Positions 13,141 to 25,946 of a DNA stretch of 64,000 nt are shown in pieces; the stretch's first letter is position 1; every line of letters begins with the position of its first letter. The notes under the pieces were generated by a model. The model had not been told where the DNA came from and ran no database searches. It worked only from the letters and a program-made list of their open reading frames with translations. The position numbers were made by a program, and so were the translations under genes. The stretch spans positions 99,884,001 to 99,948,000 of the forward strand of contig CM052817.1 in assembly GCA_028534125.1 (NCBI GenBank). The letters run 5' to 3'. This DNA is from Lama glama (lineage: Eukaryota).

Positions 13141-14113
13141 AGATATACATATGTATATAGATACATACACACTCCATCTTCTTTATCCATTCATCTGTCA
13201 GTGGACATTAGGCTGCTTTCATGTGTTGACTATTGTAAATAGTGTTGCTATGAACATTGGGGTGCATGTATCTTTTAAAATTAGTTTTCATCTTTTTGGG
13301 ATTGCTGGATCATATGGTGACTCTATTTTTAGGTTTTTAAGGACCCCCTATACTGTTCTTCACAGTTGCTGCACAATTTACATTCCCACCAACATTGTAG
13401 GAGGGTTCCTTTTTCTTAACACCCTCTCCCACATTTATTATTTGTAAACTTTTTGATGATGACCATTCTGACTGGTCTGAGGTGATCCTTCTTTGTGGTT
13501 TTGATTTGCAATTCTCTAATAATTGGTGATGTTGAGCATCTTTTCACATCCAGGTTGGAGTATATGCCTATGTGTCTTTGGAGAAATGTCTATTTCAGTC
13601 TTCAGCCCATTTTTTAATTTTTCAAAATGTTGAGCTGTATAAGCTGTTTGTATATTTTAGAAAGTAAGTCCTTGTTGGTCACCTCATTTGCAAATATTTT
13701 CTCTTATTCTGTAGGTTGTCTTTTTGTTTTGTTTATGGTTTCCTTTGCTGTGCAAATCTTGTACATTTAATTAATTAAGTCCCATTTGTTTATTTTTGTT
13801 TTTGGTTCTATTGCTCTAGGAGACAAATCCAAAAAATGTTGCTGTGATTTATGTCAGACTGTATTCTGTCCATGTTTTCCTCTAGGAGTTCTAGGGTATC
13901 TGGTCTTACATTTAGGTCTTTAATATGTTTTGAGTTTATTTCTGTATATGGTGTTAGAGAATGTTTTAATTTCATTCTTTTACATGTAACTGTCCAATTT
14001 TCCCAGCACCACATTTTGAAGAGACTGTCTTTTCTTCATTGTATCTTCTTGCCTCCTTTATCATAGATTAATTGACCGTAAGTACATGGATTCATTTCTG
14101 GGCTTTCTGTCCT
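12627..14113 (-). mobile_element. 5'-truncated L1 (~1.5 kb; ORF2 C-terminus plus 3'UTR) inserted into ORF2 of the host L1
   Basis: A new poly-T and 3' terminus (ttattaaagtatagttgat) begins at ~12630. ORFs 12842-13177 and 13808-14014 encode ORF2 C-terminal motifs already present at 10063-11289. The host ORF2 resumes at ~14114. Confidence 0.88.
13088..13170. repeat. (TA)n/(GATATA)n simple repeat within L1
   Basis: tatatatatagatatagatatagatatagatatac read directly. Confidence 0.85.
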
Positions 14114-17100
14114 TTGATCCTTTCTTTTGTTTTTAGTCTCTATTTCATTTATTTGTGCTCTGATCTTTATGATTTTTTTCCTTCTGTTAACTTTGGGTTT
14201 TGTTTGTTCTTCTTCAAATCCCTTTAGATGTAAGGTTAGGTTGTTTATTTGAGATTTTTCTTGTTTCCCGAGGTAAGCTTGTGTTGCTGTAAACTTCCAT
14301 CTTAGAACTACTTTTGCTGTGTCCCATAGGTTTTAGGTTGTTGTGTTTTTATTTTCATTTGCCTCTAGGTATTTTTTTATTTCCTCTTTGATTTCTTCAG
14401 TGATCCATTGGTTTTTTAGTAGCATATTGGTTAGCCTCTGTGTGTTTGTGTTTTTTGCAGGTTTTTCTTTCAGTTGATTTCTAGTCTCATAGCATGGTAG
14501 TTAGAAAAAGTGCTTGATATGATTTCAGTTTTCTTAGATTTACTGAGGCTTGTTTTGTGATGTAGCCTGTGATGTATCCTGGAGAATGTTCCATGTGCTC
14601 TTGAAAAGAATGTGTATTCTGCTGCTTTCAGATAGAATACTTTTGTATATATATCTATTAAATCCATTTGGTCTAATGTGTCATTTAAGGCCAGTGTTTC
14701 CTTATTGATTTTCTGTCTGGATGATCTCTCCACTGATGTAAGTGGGATGTTAAAGTCTCCTACTGTTATTGTGTTACTGTTTATTTTTCCTTTTATGCTT
14801 GTTAATATTTGCTTTGCATATTTAGGTGCTCCTATGTTGGGTGTGTACATATTTACAGTTGTTTTACCTTCTTCTTGGATAGATCCCTTGATCATTATGT
14901 AGGTTGTTTGACTCTTGTAACAGTCTTTATTTTAAAGTCAAATTAGTCTTATATAAATATTGCTATTCTGGCTTTCATTTGACTTTCATTTGTATAGAAT
15001 ACCTTTTTGTATCCCATCACTTTCAGTCTGTGTGTGTCTTTAGATCTGAATTGAGTCTCTTGTGGGCAGCATATATATGCGTCTTATTTTTGTATTCATT
15101 CAGCTAATCTGTGTCTTTTGATTGGAGCATTTAGTCCATTTACATTCAATGTAATTATTGATATGTACGTTCTTTTTGCCATTTTGTGATTTGTTTTGGG
15201 GTTGTTCTATAAATCTTTTCTTTCCTTATTCTTTTGTTCTCTTGTGATTTGATCACAATTTAGTGTTATGATTCTTTTCTTCTTTTTTGCATGTGTATCT
15301 ATTATAGATTTTTTTTGTTTGTGGTACCATGTGGTTTTTATATAGCAATCTATGTATACACCTGATTGTTTCAAATTGCTGATCTCTTAAATTTAAATCC
15401 ACTTAAAAAACACTGTCTTACTCTCCTCCCCTCACAATTACTGTTTTTGAATAATATTTTACATCTAATTGTTTTGTGTGTCCCTTAGCTGCTTATTGTG
15501 GATATAGAGGATTTTACTACTTTTGTCTTTTAAACTTCCTTTTAGCTTTGTGCATGGGTGGTTTCCTAGTTTTACTATGTATTTGCCTTTACTGGTGAGC
15601 TTTTTTGTTTTGTAATTTTTTTGTTTCTCTCTGTGGTCTTTTCTTTTTCAGCTAGAGAAGTTCCTGTAATATTTGTTGTAAAACTGGTTTGCTGGTGCTG
15701 AATTCTTTTAGCTTTTGCTTGTCACTAAAGCTTTTGATCTCTCCATGAAATCTGGAGGAGAGCCTTGCTGGGTAGAGTAGTCTTCATTGTAGATTTTTCT
15801 CATTTCTCATTTTTCTCATTTCAGTTACAGTGTATCTTGGTGTATTCCTCTTTGGGTTAATCCTGTGTGGTACTCTCTGTACTTCCTGGACTTGGGTGAC
15901 TGTTTTCTTTCCCATGTTATGGAAGTTTTCAGCTATTATGTCTTTAAATATGTTCTCAGCCACTTTCTCTCCCTCTTCTTCTGGGATCCCTATAGTGCAA
16001 ATATTAGTACACTTGTTGTTGTCCCAAAGGTCTCTTAAACTGTCCTCATTTCTTTCCATTGTTTTTTCTTTTTTCTGTTCTGCGACAGTGATTTCCACTA
16101 CTCTGCCTTCCAGTTCACTGATCAGTTTCTCTTTATCATTTGGTATATTGTTGATTTCCTTCTAGTGTATTTTTCATTTCACTTCTTGTATTATTGTCTC
16201 TGTATGGTTGTTCTTTATATTTTCTAACAATGTTAAAAACTTCTAACTTCTCACTCTGCATCCGTTCTTCTCCCAAGTTCTTTGATCATTTTTATAGTTA
16301 TTACCCTGAACTCTTTCTTGTGTAAATTGCCTATCTCCACTTCACTTAATTCTTATTCTGGGGTTTTATCTTGTTCCTTTGTCTGAAATGTGTCCCTCTT
16401 CCACCTCATTTTGTCTAAGTTACTCTTTGTATTTTACTGTATCTGGTAGGTTAGTTATGTTTCCCAACCTTGGAGAAGTGACCTTATGTAGGAGATGTCC
16501 TATGCAATCCCAGCAGTGCACACCCCTCTTGTCACCTGTATGCTCTAGAGGTTCCCCCTATGGGAGTCATGTGTGTCCTTCTGTTATGGTAGGTTGACTG
16601 TGTGGGCATTCTGGTTGGCTGGCTTGGTCCTGAGCCTGGTTAATTGCCAGACCTTGCTTTGTGTGGAGACTGCCAGCAACTCATTGGTGGGGCCTGGTCA
16701 CAAGGTGGCTGACTGCAGAACCCCAGGGGATAGTGCTGGCTCACTGATTGGTGGAGTTAGGATCCGAAGACTTGAGGGCTATTGGCCACCCACTGGTGGG
16801 TGAATCCAGGTTTTGGGGTTAGTACCAGATTACTGGTAAGGAGAACCAGGTACCGGAGTCTGGCTGCAGGGTCCAGGGATCCCAGAACTGGTGTCAGTTT
16901 GCTGGTGGTGGCAGGGGGCAGTTCCTGAAACAATTGGATTTGGTGTCTAGGCCCAGCTGGTCCCAGGGTGGGTCTGGCCTGTGTTGGGCTGGCTGGATCT
17001 GCAAGCCATGGATTTGTGGTTTTCTTCAGGCTGGTGTCTGCCCCCTGGTGGGTGGAGCTGGGTTCTTTTCCTCTGGTGGGTAGGACCATTTCTAGAGGTG

Positions 17101-17882
17101 TGTCTAGATGTGAGTGGGCTCAGGAAGTCTTTAGGCAGCCTATCAGCTGATGAGTGGGGCTCTGTCCCCTCCCAGTTAGTTGCTTAGCCTGAGGCGTCCC
17201 AGCACTGGGCCTGCAGGCTGTTGGATGGGGCCAGATCTTGTCATTGATGAGCCAGAGCGAGGACTCCATAATGGTGCCTACCAATGCCACTGTCCATGCA
17301 GCAGAGGGGGCTCCCAAGAATGGCTGCCTCCACTGTTTCTGTCTCCAGGGTGAGCTGCAGTTGCCACCTGCCTCTCCAGGAGACTCTCCAAGACCAGCAG
17401 GTAGGTCTGGCTCAGGCTCCTACCAAATTACTGCTTTTGCCTTGGGTCCACGTGTGTGTGAGGTTTTGTATGCACTCTTTAAAAGTGAAGTCTCTATTTC
17501 CTCTAGTCTTTTGGGATTCCTGAAATTAAGCCTTGCTGGCTTTCAAAGCCAAATACTCTGGGGCTCATCTTCCTGGTGCAGGAACCCCGGGCTGGGGAGC
17601 CCCACGTGGGGCTCAGAACTCTCCTGTGGGAGAACTTGTGCAGTATTAATTATTCTCCAGTTTGTGCATCACCCACCCTGGGGTGTTACTGATTATATCT
17701 GAGTCTGCCCCTCCTGCCCATCTCATTGTGGTCCCTTCTTTAAGTCTTTAATTGTAGAAGATCTTTCCTGGTAGGTTTCAGTATTTTTCATTGATGGTTG
17801 CTCTAAAAATAGTTGTCATTTCAGTGTGCTCATAAGAGGAGGTGAACTCAGGGTCTTTCTGTTCTGCCATCTTGGCTGATTT

Positions 17883-18420
17883 GTTGTATCCTTTTTAAAA
17901 TTGTGACATAGTGTTCCATTATACAGAAGTGCCATGATTTATATAACCAGACCATTATTGATGAATATTTGGGATCTTTCCATTTGTTTACCATCTAAAC
18001 AGTGCTGCAAAAGGTATCACTGTAGTTAGAGAAATGCTTAGTGGTTAAGAGAATATACCTGCATAAGGTGCCAGGATGTCTGTGTGACCTTGGTGAGGCC
18101 AGGTCCTTTACCTCTTCCTACCTCAGTTTCCTTGTCTGTGGAAGAGGGGAATATAGTTCACAGGATTGGTCAGATTTAATGAGTTAATGGTGAGATGTCT
18201 TTAGAAAAGTACCTGGCACAGAAAAGTACTCAGTAAGTGTCAACTCTTTGCTATTATTCAGTTTGTCATTTTGTCAGGTGAAAGTGTGTTTGTAGGATAA
18301 ATGCCTTGAAGTGGTTTTGCTGATCGAATTCAGTTTTGAAGACTGTTGCCAAATTGCTCTTTGCAGGTAGAACAGCAGTTTATGTTCTCACCTGAGTGTA
18401 TGAGATGGATGCATTTTTAC
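17883..18420 (-). mobile_element. Ancient L1 (L1ME-like) fragment, right half, interrupted by a MIR
   Basis: gtgttccattatacagaagtgccatgatttatataaccag...gtaggataaatgccttgaagtgg resembles an old L1 3' region. Confidence 0.55.
18030..18260 (+). mobile_element. MIR SINE
   Basis: MIR core-like tgtgtgaccttgg...cctcagtttccttgtctgtg...cctggcacagaaaagtactcagtaagtg. Confidence 0.75.
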
Positions 18421-19036
18421 TTCTCCGAAGTCACCTCTTGAGATACATAAACCTGTCCATTGAGGGTGTACTACTGAGGCCCATGTAGTTGTTGGCCAAG
18501 AGGGAGACATTTCAAGTTGAATTTTTCTTCCCCCTGAAAGTTTTCAGTGATTCTAGATCTTGCTCTTTATTTTATCAGTGTGACATCTTGTTGATAAACT
18601 GATCATGGCAGTAATATCACTCCTCTAAACCAGTAAGTTTTTATTATGAACTTCTAGGGTCTTTTACCTACTCCTGGATGAGAAAATGTAGTCTTTTAAA
18701 TCTTGGTACAACAGTGGTATTATTTTTTAGATTATAATATTTACATGTAAGGAAGTCTTTCATTATCTTTATACTCATTAAAAGTAAAAAAGTGTGGAAT
18801 TAGAACTTCTTGGTCTTAGATTGCTTGGGCGTAAGTGCTAATATTATTCCACCTACCTGAAGTCAAGACACATGTATCGGGTCACACAAGCACCAGTGAT
18901 TTACTCCGTTTCTGTCATATTTATAGTGCACAGAAGGCACCCAGACTCTTCACAGTCCATTTTCATAGACTGATGAAGATAGATGCTTTGGACCATGTTC
19001 TACAAGCCTGTTGCTAACATTATAATAAATGCTAAT

Positions 19037-19182
19037 GAGAGGGAGGACATAGCCCAAGTGGTAGAGTTCATGCCTAGTGTGCACAGGGTCCTGGGTTCAA
19101 TCCCCAGTACCTCCTCTAAAAATAAATATATGAACCTAATTACCACCCTCCCAAAAATAATAATAATAAATTTTTTAAATGA
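19037..19182 (+). mobile_element. tRNA-derived camelid SINE (Vic-1-like)
   Basis: A-box tagcccaagtgg, B-box ggttcaatccc and an AT-rich tail. 13-bp TSD aataaatgctaat at 19024-19036 and 19183-19195. Confidence 0.88.
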
Positions 19183-22100
19183 AATAAATGCTAATCACTT
19201 TATACCTATGATGTCACACTTCGTGGTGTTTTGAGTAGGAGTGGAAGTATCTAGCCAGCCATGAAATTTGTGAGGCACTGAGGCCTGAACTGATTATTAT
19301 TCAAGAACATGGGTACTCATAGGCTGGAGCAACCCCCAAACTGCTGAAACAGAGCTTTTTGTTATCACTGAAGTCACAAAAATTCCATGACTGTCTCTTC
19401 AGTATTACCTTTAGAATTTGAACTGGCTGTTAGTCTCTGTTCTGGAACTCTTCATGGTTGTACCATGAAGGCATCTTTAAAGTGGTTTTAAAACTTTTTG
19501 GAAGGGGGCCAATTTGTGGGCCCTTTTTAGAATTGGCTGAAGACTATTGCCACCTCTCTCCAGAAAAATATTCCCACAATTTATGAGATTCATGAATATG
19601 ATATATGGGATTTTTTATTGTTACTATATTCATTGCACTGAGTACATCTTAAACCAGGCATGGGTGAAGGACATTTTTGAAAAGGAGATTTTTTCCATGT
19701 TGCTATTCCAAAAGGTAATTATCACATAATCTTAATTATGCTGCAGATTGCATATCTGAAAATTTTCACATAAAGGCATCTGAAAGACTATATTGGTAGA
19801 GAACTAATTCTGATTGATAGAGCGGGGAAGACAAGTATTAGACTAATCAGCATAACTTCCCAAAGGTACCTGCTTTTCCAGGGAAAGTGACAAGACATGT
19901 TGGTTCGACTGGTATTTTTTTTCCCCAGGAACATTTCTTGAGAAGAACTTCATTAGTATGAGAGGGCTCTTCTTGGAGAAAGATTCAGAGCATCGACCTC
20001 AAATCTCTGCTGTAAAATACTATCCCCTGGAAGTTGTCCAGTAATCTTATTTCTGAATTCACCTTAGCTGCATTTTAGGGTTTTATGGTAGATAACTGAC
20101 TTGTCCTTTAATAGTTTTCAGCAAAATAGTGATGCTAAAGGATGGTGCATATCACCTAGATTATAGTGACTGATTGAATTATTGGTCCAGTTTTCACGTT
20201 TCAACAAATCTCTCCAATGTGTGTAAGAGACTTTCCTGTTCAGTCACCAATGGGCTGATGTCTCAACACTTGCTCTAACTTTCAAAAGCTATACTTTTTA
20301 CATTCCAGATCCTTGCCACTAGGGGTCTAGTTTCTTAAACAGCCTTGACAGTGAAGTCCCATAACAAATTTTAAGGATGAATTTGAATATTAATTTTAAC
20401 TTTTCTTCTTCATTTATCCTGCTTATCAGTTACTTGCATGGCACATGTGGCAGCTTGTTCTAGTGACATTAAGACCTAAAACATGGTGGAATCAAGTTCA
20501 TGGCATTATTAACAGTTTTCCGCAATCTTGTTATTATTTTGAAGCATACAGTTACCAAAGCCTGAAATTATTTGGAATGCACATATCGCAAGACTTTTCT
20601 TTGTGTACACTCTGTGTTCACTGGTGACCTGCAACCTGGGGCAACAAAACGGTGTGCTTTACTGAAATGGTGGACAGTGAACAATGAATGGGCTAGAGTC
20701 ACACTGTGACAAGTTGAGGGAGTCTCAGGACAAGGTTCAGGAGAGTCGGGGGCTATGAGATGCTTGCTCTGTTTTCCACTGCCCAGCATTGCCATGTGGT
20801 GTGACGGCAAGAGAGGAAAGGAAACTGGGCCAAAGGATTAGAGCAGAGGGAGGATTTAGTCGTAATTGGCTTTTATTAGGCTCTGAGTAGAGGTTGTCTG
20901 AGGTAGTCTGACCCAAAATGAATTCCTCCCACTGCTATTAGTTATAATTGAGGGCACAAGGTTCCCCTCTCTTCAGGTTTTCCCAATATTTGAAGAATCT
21001 TCACCCTGAGATGGAATTTTATATAATAAACACATTTACAGTAATAGACTCTTTGTATTTAATAGCAGCCAATTCAGAGCATTCTGAAGTGTATTCTAAA
21101 ACAATGAGTTTTTCTACAGGAAAAAAACAAAGAAACCAACGACAAGTTATATTTGAGATGGCTGACTTCTGTGTTGTGTTCTATAAGTGAAATATGCTTT
21201 AATCTTAAAAAGAATCCCTTTTACAACTGGAATTCGTCCAGAGATTTTGGTAGAATGGCCATTATCCTCCTGTGATGGTTATCTGATTACCCCTACCCAG
21301 TTAGTGTAACAGTTGTAGTAAAGTATGTAAAATGATGACTTTTGAGCTGGAAGAGGTCTATGAAATAATCGTTTAGTCCTAACTCCTTCCCTAAGCGAGG
21401 TTCCAAACCAAGAGTCAGTCTCTCGCTGGTTAGAGCTGGAGCCGGAGCCCTGGGCCCTGTCTCTCAGATCAAAGCTTAAGTCCCCCGAGGAGGGAGGTTA
21501 ACTTTTCTGACTTCCATGTTTGGAGAACTGGTCTAAAAACTCTCAGCCCCAATGCTTTGTTCCCTACTTAAATCCATCTAAACTCTCTGACCATTTCCAC
21601 AAACCAACCAGAGGAATATCAGGAGAAACAGAGAAGGAAAGATGGGAAGGGAGCCTTGCTGTGTCTTTCTTTCAAGTTCAAGATTTGGTGACTCACTATG
21701 AAAAGGCTTCTCTTTTATCTCTAGACCCCTCCTACCTGTTCTCTTGCCCTCATCTTTCTTCAGCTTCTTGCGCCATCAAAATCCTCTTTATTTTGTACCT
21801 TCAAATTATCCATGTTTGTTGATTTCTCCTCATTACACCTGCAAATATGATCGCTTTTCCCTTAATAAAAATGTTCCCTTGGCTGTGTCTCCTCTTAAGG
21901 TGGCCGCCCATTTCTTTCCCATCAGGAATTTTTTATGACCCATTATTAGAGGATATTATGTTTAAATACGTTAAAGACTTGAAGATATGATGAGATAATA
22001 TAATGTGTGAGATAATATAGAATGAACTGCCAAAAAGTATACATTGTTAAGTTCAGTGTGATAGTGAAAGGGGGCTATATTAAAATACAATCATTGGTAG

Positions 22101-23156
22101 TCCCAGGAAAAATATAATTTTTCACACATTTATAGCTCTCCTAAGTATTGTAGTTTTTGAAAGAGTCTGAAATTAGAGAAGATGTCTGTCTATTTGGGAA
22201 TGAGGTCGAAGGAATTTTTACATTAGAAAGAGATATGATCTAGATGACTGGAGTCTAAGCTTTCATGATTATACGGAATATTTTATAATTCTGTGATATG
22301 GAAGCATATGCTTTTGCTTTTTCCATAGTCAAATAAAAGAGATCCTATCCTTTTGGAAAAAAGCAAAGAAAAACACGTAATTCTTACATCAGTTGTCTTA
22401 TCTTAAAAACAGTTAATAGACTTTTTCTTTCCTTATTGATGGAAAATATTTCTGCATATAATATTAACAAGATATATAAATGTGACTCCTCAGTAACGTC
22501 TTTGGGGAGAACACGGTCCTCAGTTCTGTCTGCAGCATAGAATGTGTGATAGCTCAGTCGTACTTGTATTTTGATAGCTCATCTCTTTCCCCGCAAGTCC
22601 AAAAACCTCAATAACTACACCACAATACCACACACAACCACTCTTGGAAAAGAGCCCTTTGGGTATTTTTGGTTGGTGGTGGTTTGTTTGAAGAAAGGAA
22701 AACATCACTCATTAGGGGCCAGATGATCTCTAGAGCCCTCTCCAGGCGTGGCATTCGAGTCGAAGTGCCATGTGTGTATTTATGGGATGAACAGGCTGCG
22801 TGTGTGCCAAGAACAGCAAGCTTTCCCTCGGCGGTCCCCAGCGTCGGATGCCCCCATCCAGAGACAGCAGAGGGCAGGAATGGGGACCGGCCAGCGATGG
22901 CTCGTGACACAGGCACACAGTCTAGCGCGCTCAGCCTCTCTTACCTGCGCACAGCCTTTTGCTTAGTTTTGTCCTTCTGTCTCCCTCACTTGGGACTTTC
23001 AGCTGTTGCCTGGGAGCTAAATAAAAAGCTTGGAATTAGAAAAAGAAAAGGTTAATAACAGGAAAATGCAGAAATACATTGAAAACGTTAGTGCTTGAGG
23101 CAATGCATCCTTACACATCACTTGTAAACATGGAGCTGTCTCTTCCTTGCAGTTTT

Positions 23157-23284
23157 TTTTTTTACTTTTTTTTAATTGAAGTATAGTCAGTTACAATGTT
23201 TCAGTTTCTGGTGTACAGCACAATGTCCCAGTCGTGCATATACATACATATGTTTGTTTTCATATTCTTTTTCATTAAAGGTTA
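23157..23284 (-). mobile_element. Very short 5'-truncated L1 3' end
   Basis: Poly-T followed by ttgaagtatagtcagttacaatg. Perfect 14-bp TSD ttccttgcagtttt at 23143-23156 and 23285-23298. Confidence 0.88.
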
Positions 23285-24126
23285 TTCCTTGCAGTTTTGT
23301 GTTGCCTGGGGACATGCCAGGGCTTTAACCCTCTACTCTGGGAGTGAGAGAGAGGCAGAGTGGAAATAGCCAGCTGGCCTATTGGGGATTAGGTGGTGTT
23401 TTCATCAGCAGGGTCTCCTGGCGTAGCCTTTCCCTTCCCACACAGGGCTTCCTGCACCTGCCTCATCCCCCTCCTTTCTCTCCCAAGTTTAGATTTTTCA
23501 GGCATCCGTATGAATGGGTTAAGCGTCAACCGAGTGAGATGTGCTCTTTTCAGAGAAGATTACCGAAGGGCCTAGGGCCAAGGAGTATAGCCAGGAGAAA
23601 GGAGAATATAGTTTTCTAGGAAGAGCGCTGGACTGGGAATCAAGAGACATTCTGTTTCCATCAAAACCACGTTGTAAGTTTACAGCCTGGTCTGCAATAT
23701 TTATCCTGTCTGCGCTGCGGTCTCACTGTCTGAAAAGATTGCATGTGAAGTCCCTTTGAGAACTAACTCACAGGGATCTTAGAGAGCATGTCTCTATTTT
23801 TGATTCAGAGGCAATTGTCATGATTTATGTTCCCTTCATCCCTTTGAGGAAGAATCTCAGAATCCTGGAGCTGGAAGGAATCTCGGAGAGTCTTCTACAT
23901 TTTCAACCTCCAGGATAAACCAGAACACTCTGATTTTCCTAGTTATTATCATGACGCCATCTGAATAAGAGACCTTGACATTTCCAAAAAAATACAGTGT
24001 TTAGGACAAGAAAGTTGAATCAGAGCTTGTTTTCTCTCTTAAAACAGAGTTGCATACTGGGTTATTGTCTATAAGGGCTACCTGCCAACCAGGGTGAGGT
24101 GAAGAGAGTGGCGGTAGGATTAGAGG

Positions 24127-24128
<2 letters not shown>

Positions 24129-24189
<61 letters not shown>

Positions 24190-24202
24190 TGAGAGAGAGA
24201 GA
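24129..24202. repeat. (GT)17(GA)n compound microsatellite
   Basis: Read directly. Confidence 0.95.
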
Positions 24203-25818
24203 CTGGGAGCACACATCCTGCATGCATGGGCGGTCACTCCTGATTTTTAGAGCACCAGATGGGCCTAGTGAAACATACCTCAGTGGCAGAGGGCCATGGT
24301 TAGCAGTAGACAATGTCTTATTGAAAGGAACACGTTTGTATTATTAAGAATTATACATTGGGGAGTTCACCAATTTATGTACTAAGACATAGTCTTGGAA
24401 GATACACGTGAGCTGTTCCCCTCAGGTGTGTGTTTTGTGCAGTCCTTCTAACAGGCCTTAATTTTTTCTACATATCTTAATCCTCCTGCATTCTCCTTAA
24501 GAATGTTTCTCTCCTCAAAATTATTCATTCTTACCAGTTTTCTATTCTTATTGTCCTAAAATTTATTTTAAAGATCCTTCAGTGTTGATTGGTTAGCCTT
24601 CTACCCCATTCCCCGAACAGAAGTACTGACTTTGAATATTCCTTTAGCTGTTTCCCAGTGTTTAATTCCACTTCCACAAAGAACATGACCCAGATGTCTA
24701 ACATGAATCGTCCCCTTAAGTCCCCTTTCTCACATTTTATTGTTCGTAGGAGGAAGAGCTGATCAGTGTTCTCCCTGTAACGTCCTTTATATTACTCAGT
24801 TGAAAATAGCCTCTTTATTTTAATTATTTTTTAATCTTTTGGCACTGCAGTTCTAGAAATTTTATCATGGGTTTTGTTTCCTAGTGCTCTGGTAATGATG
24901 TTCTGATTACTTTTCTCTGAACTCTCTCAAGTCTGTACACTAAAAAAATATATAGTGTTTTGAGCCATACCCAGTCCTTTTTTGAACTGATGAAACCAGT
25001 GGGATGATACTGCTGTCTTAACTGTTCTTGTTAGTGACTTACCACCACAAGACTGGATCACATTCCCTGCACACTCTGTGACCTCAGTATCCTTTTTCTC
25101 CCCACTGGCTCTGTTGTAGTCAGGTTTTCTTCTTATTTTATCCACATACCTCATTTTTCATGTATAAACGTGCTGCTACCTTGTTTTCACACCAAGGAAG
25201 CACTATCTTGTTTTTGATAGATCATTTATATATGATTTGTCAAGGTTACTAGGAATTCTGTTATCTTTCAGGAAAGCTAGGAGCCTTAACTTAGTTTGTA
25301 GCCCCAAAGTGACTGAGAATGCTTTTAATTCCATTATGACAGTCATTAATTAAAAAAAAATTTACTATTATTGGACCCAGGAGTCTGGGTGCTGTGTTAA
25401 AACTCCCCTACGTCACATCAAGCTTTTGATTTCTGTCACTATTAACGAATGGTTTTCCTATTTCTGGGTGTTTTTAAATTCCATCAACATTGATCTCATA
25501 GCTTATTGTTTATCAAAACTAGATCTGAATGATTTAGAATAATAATCTAGGGGGCTGTGGTTGGTAGTGGAGAGAATCCAGCCAACAATTGCTTACTTTA
25601 TGCATGTAGCTTTTGCAGCATCATTATTTTATATTTTTAGAAGAAAAGTGAGAGAAAATAGAAGAAAGCCTTTAGATTGAGTATAAATGTCTATTTTGTA
25701 GATATTTTGTTCAGTGTTGGACTTTGAGAATGTCTGTACTTTGATTTTGATTTAATAGTCCATATCCTATTTAATACACAAACATAATTAGATACATCTT
25801 TTGTTACTGTCATTACAG

Positions 25819-25946
25819 GTTTTGGAAGGTGACAATGAAATGTGAAGAAGTTACATTTCTACTGTGATACTTGAAAGTTAGTGACCGCTTACCAAATTTT
25901 CGTGAAAATTAAATATGACTTAGAAGCACTTGGCTTATGAAGGCTT
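25819..25946 (+). other. FHIP1A: 5'UTR portion of the FHIP1A first coding exon
   Basis: Acceptor cttttgttactgtcattacag|G with AG at 25817-25818, 128 nt upstream of the ATG at 25947. Confidence 0.75.

Larger units (their letters stand above)
8383..17880 (-). mobile_element. Full-length but decayed L1 (5'UTR ~16400-17880, ORF1 remnant to 15652, ~470-nt inter-ORF spacer, ORF2 from 15182, 3'UTR), interrupted by two younger L1s
   Basis: The minus-strand ORF 15784-16098 is L1 ORF1 (SLRDLWDN...IGIPEEE...IIAENF). ORF2 starts MAKRTYISIITLNVNGLNAP at 15182, and 14470-14895 is the endonuclease domain. The RT motif is decayed to FTND (~11600). The 5' end carries ccaagatggcag (YY1-like) near 17870. Degenerate TSD gctgcatccttttt (8367-8380) / gttgtatccttttt (17883-17896). 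Confidence 0.93.

Noticed and set aside
16379..17702. Cluster of GC-rich ORFs on both strands
   Set aside because: They lie in the 5'UTR of the decayed L1 and show no recognisable protein similarity.
19037..19115. tRNA-like sequence (also 40185-40255 and 51880-51915)
   Set aside because: These are SINE heads followed by AT-rich tails, with clear TSDs on two copies, not tRNA genes.
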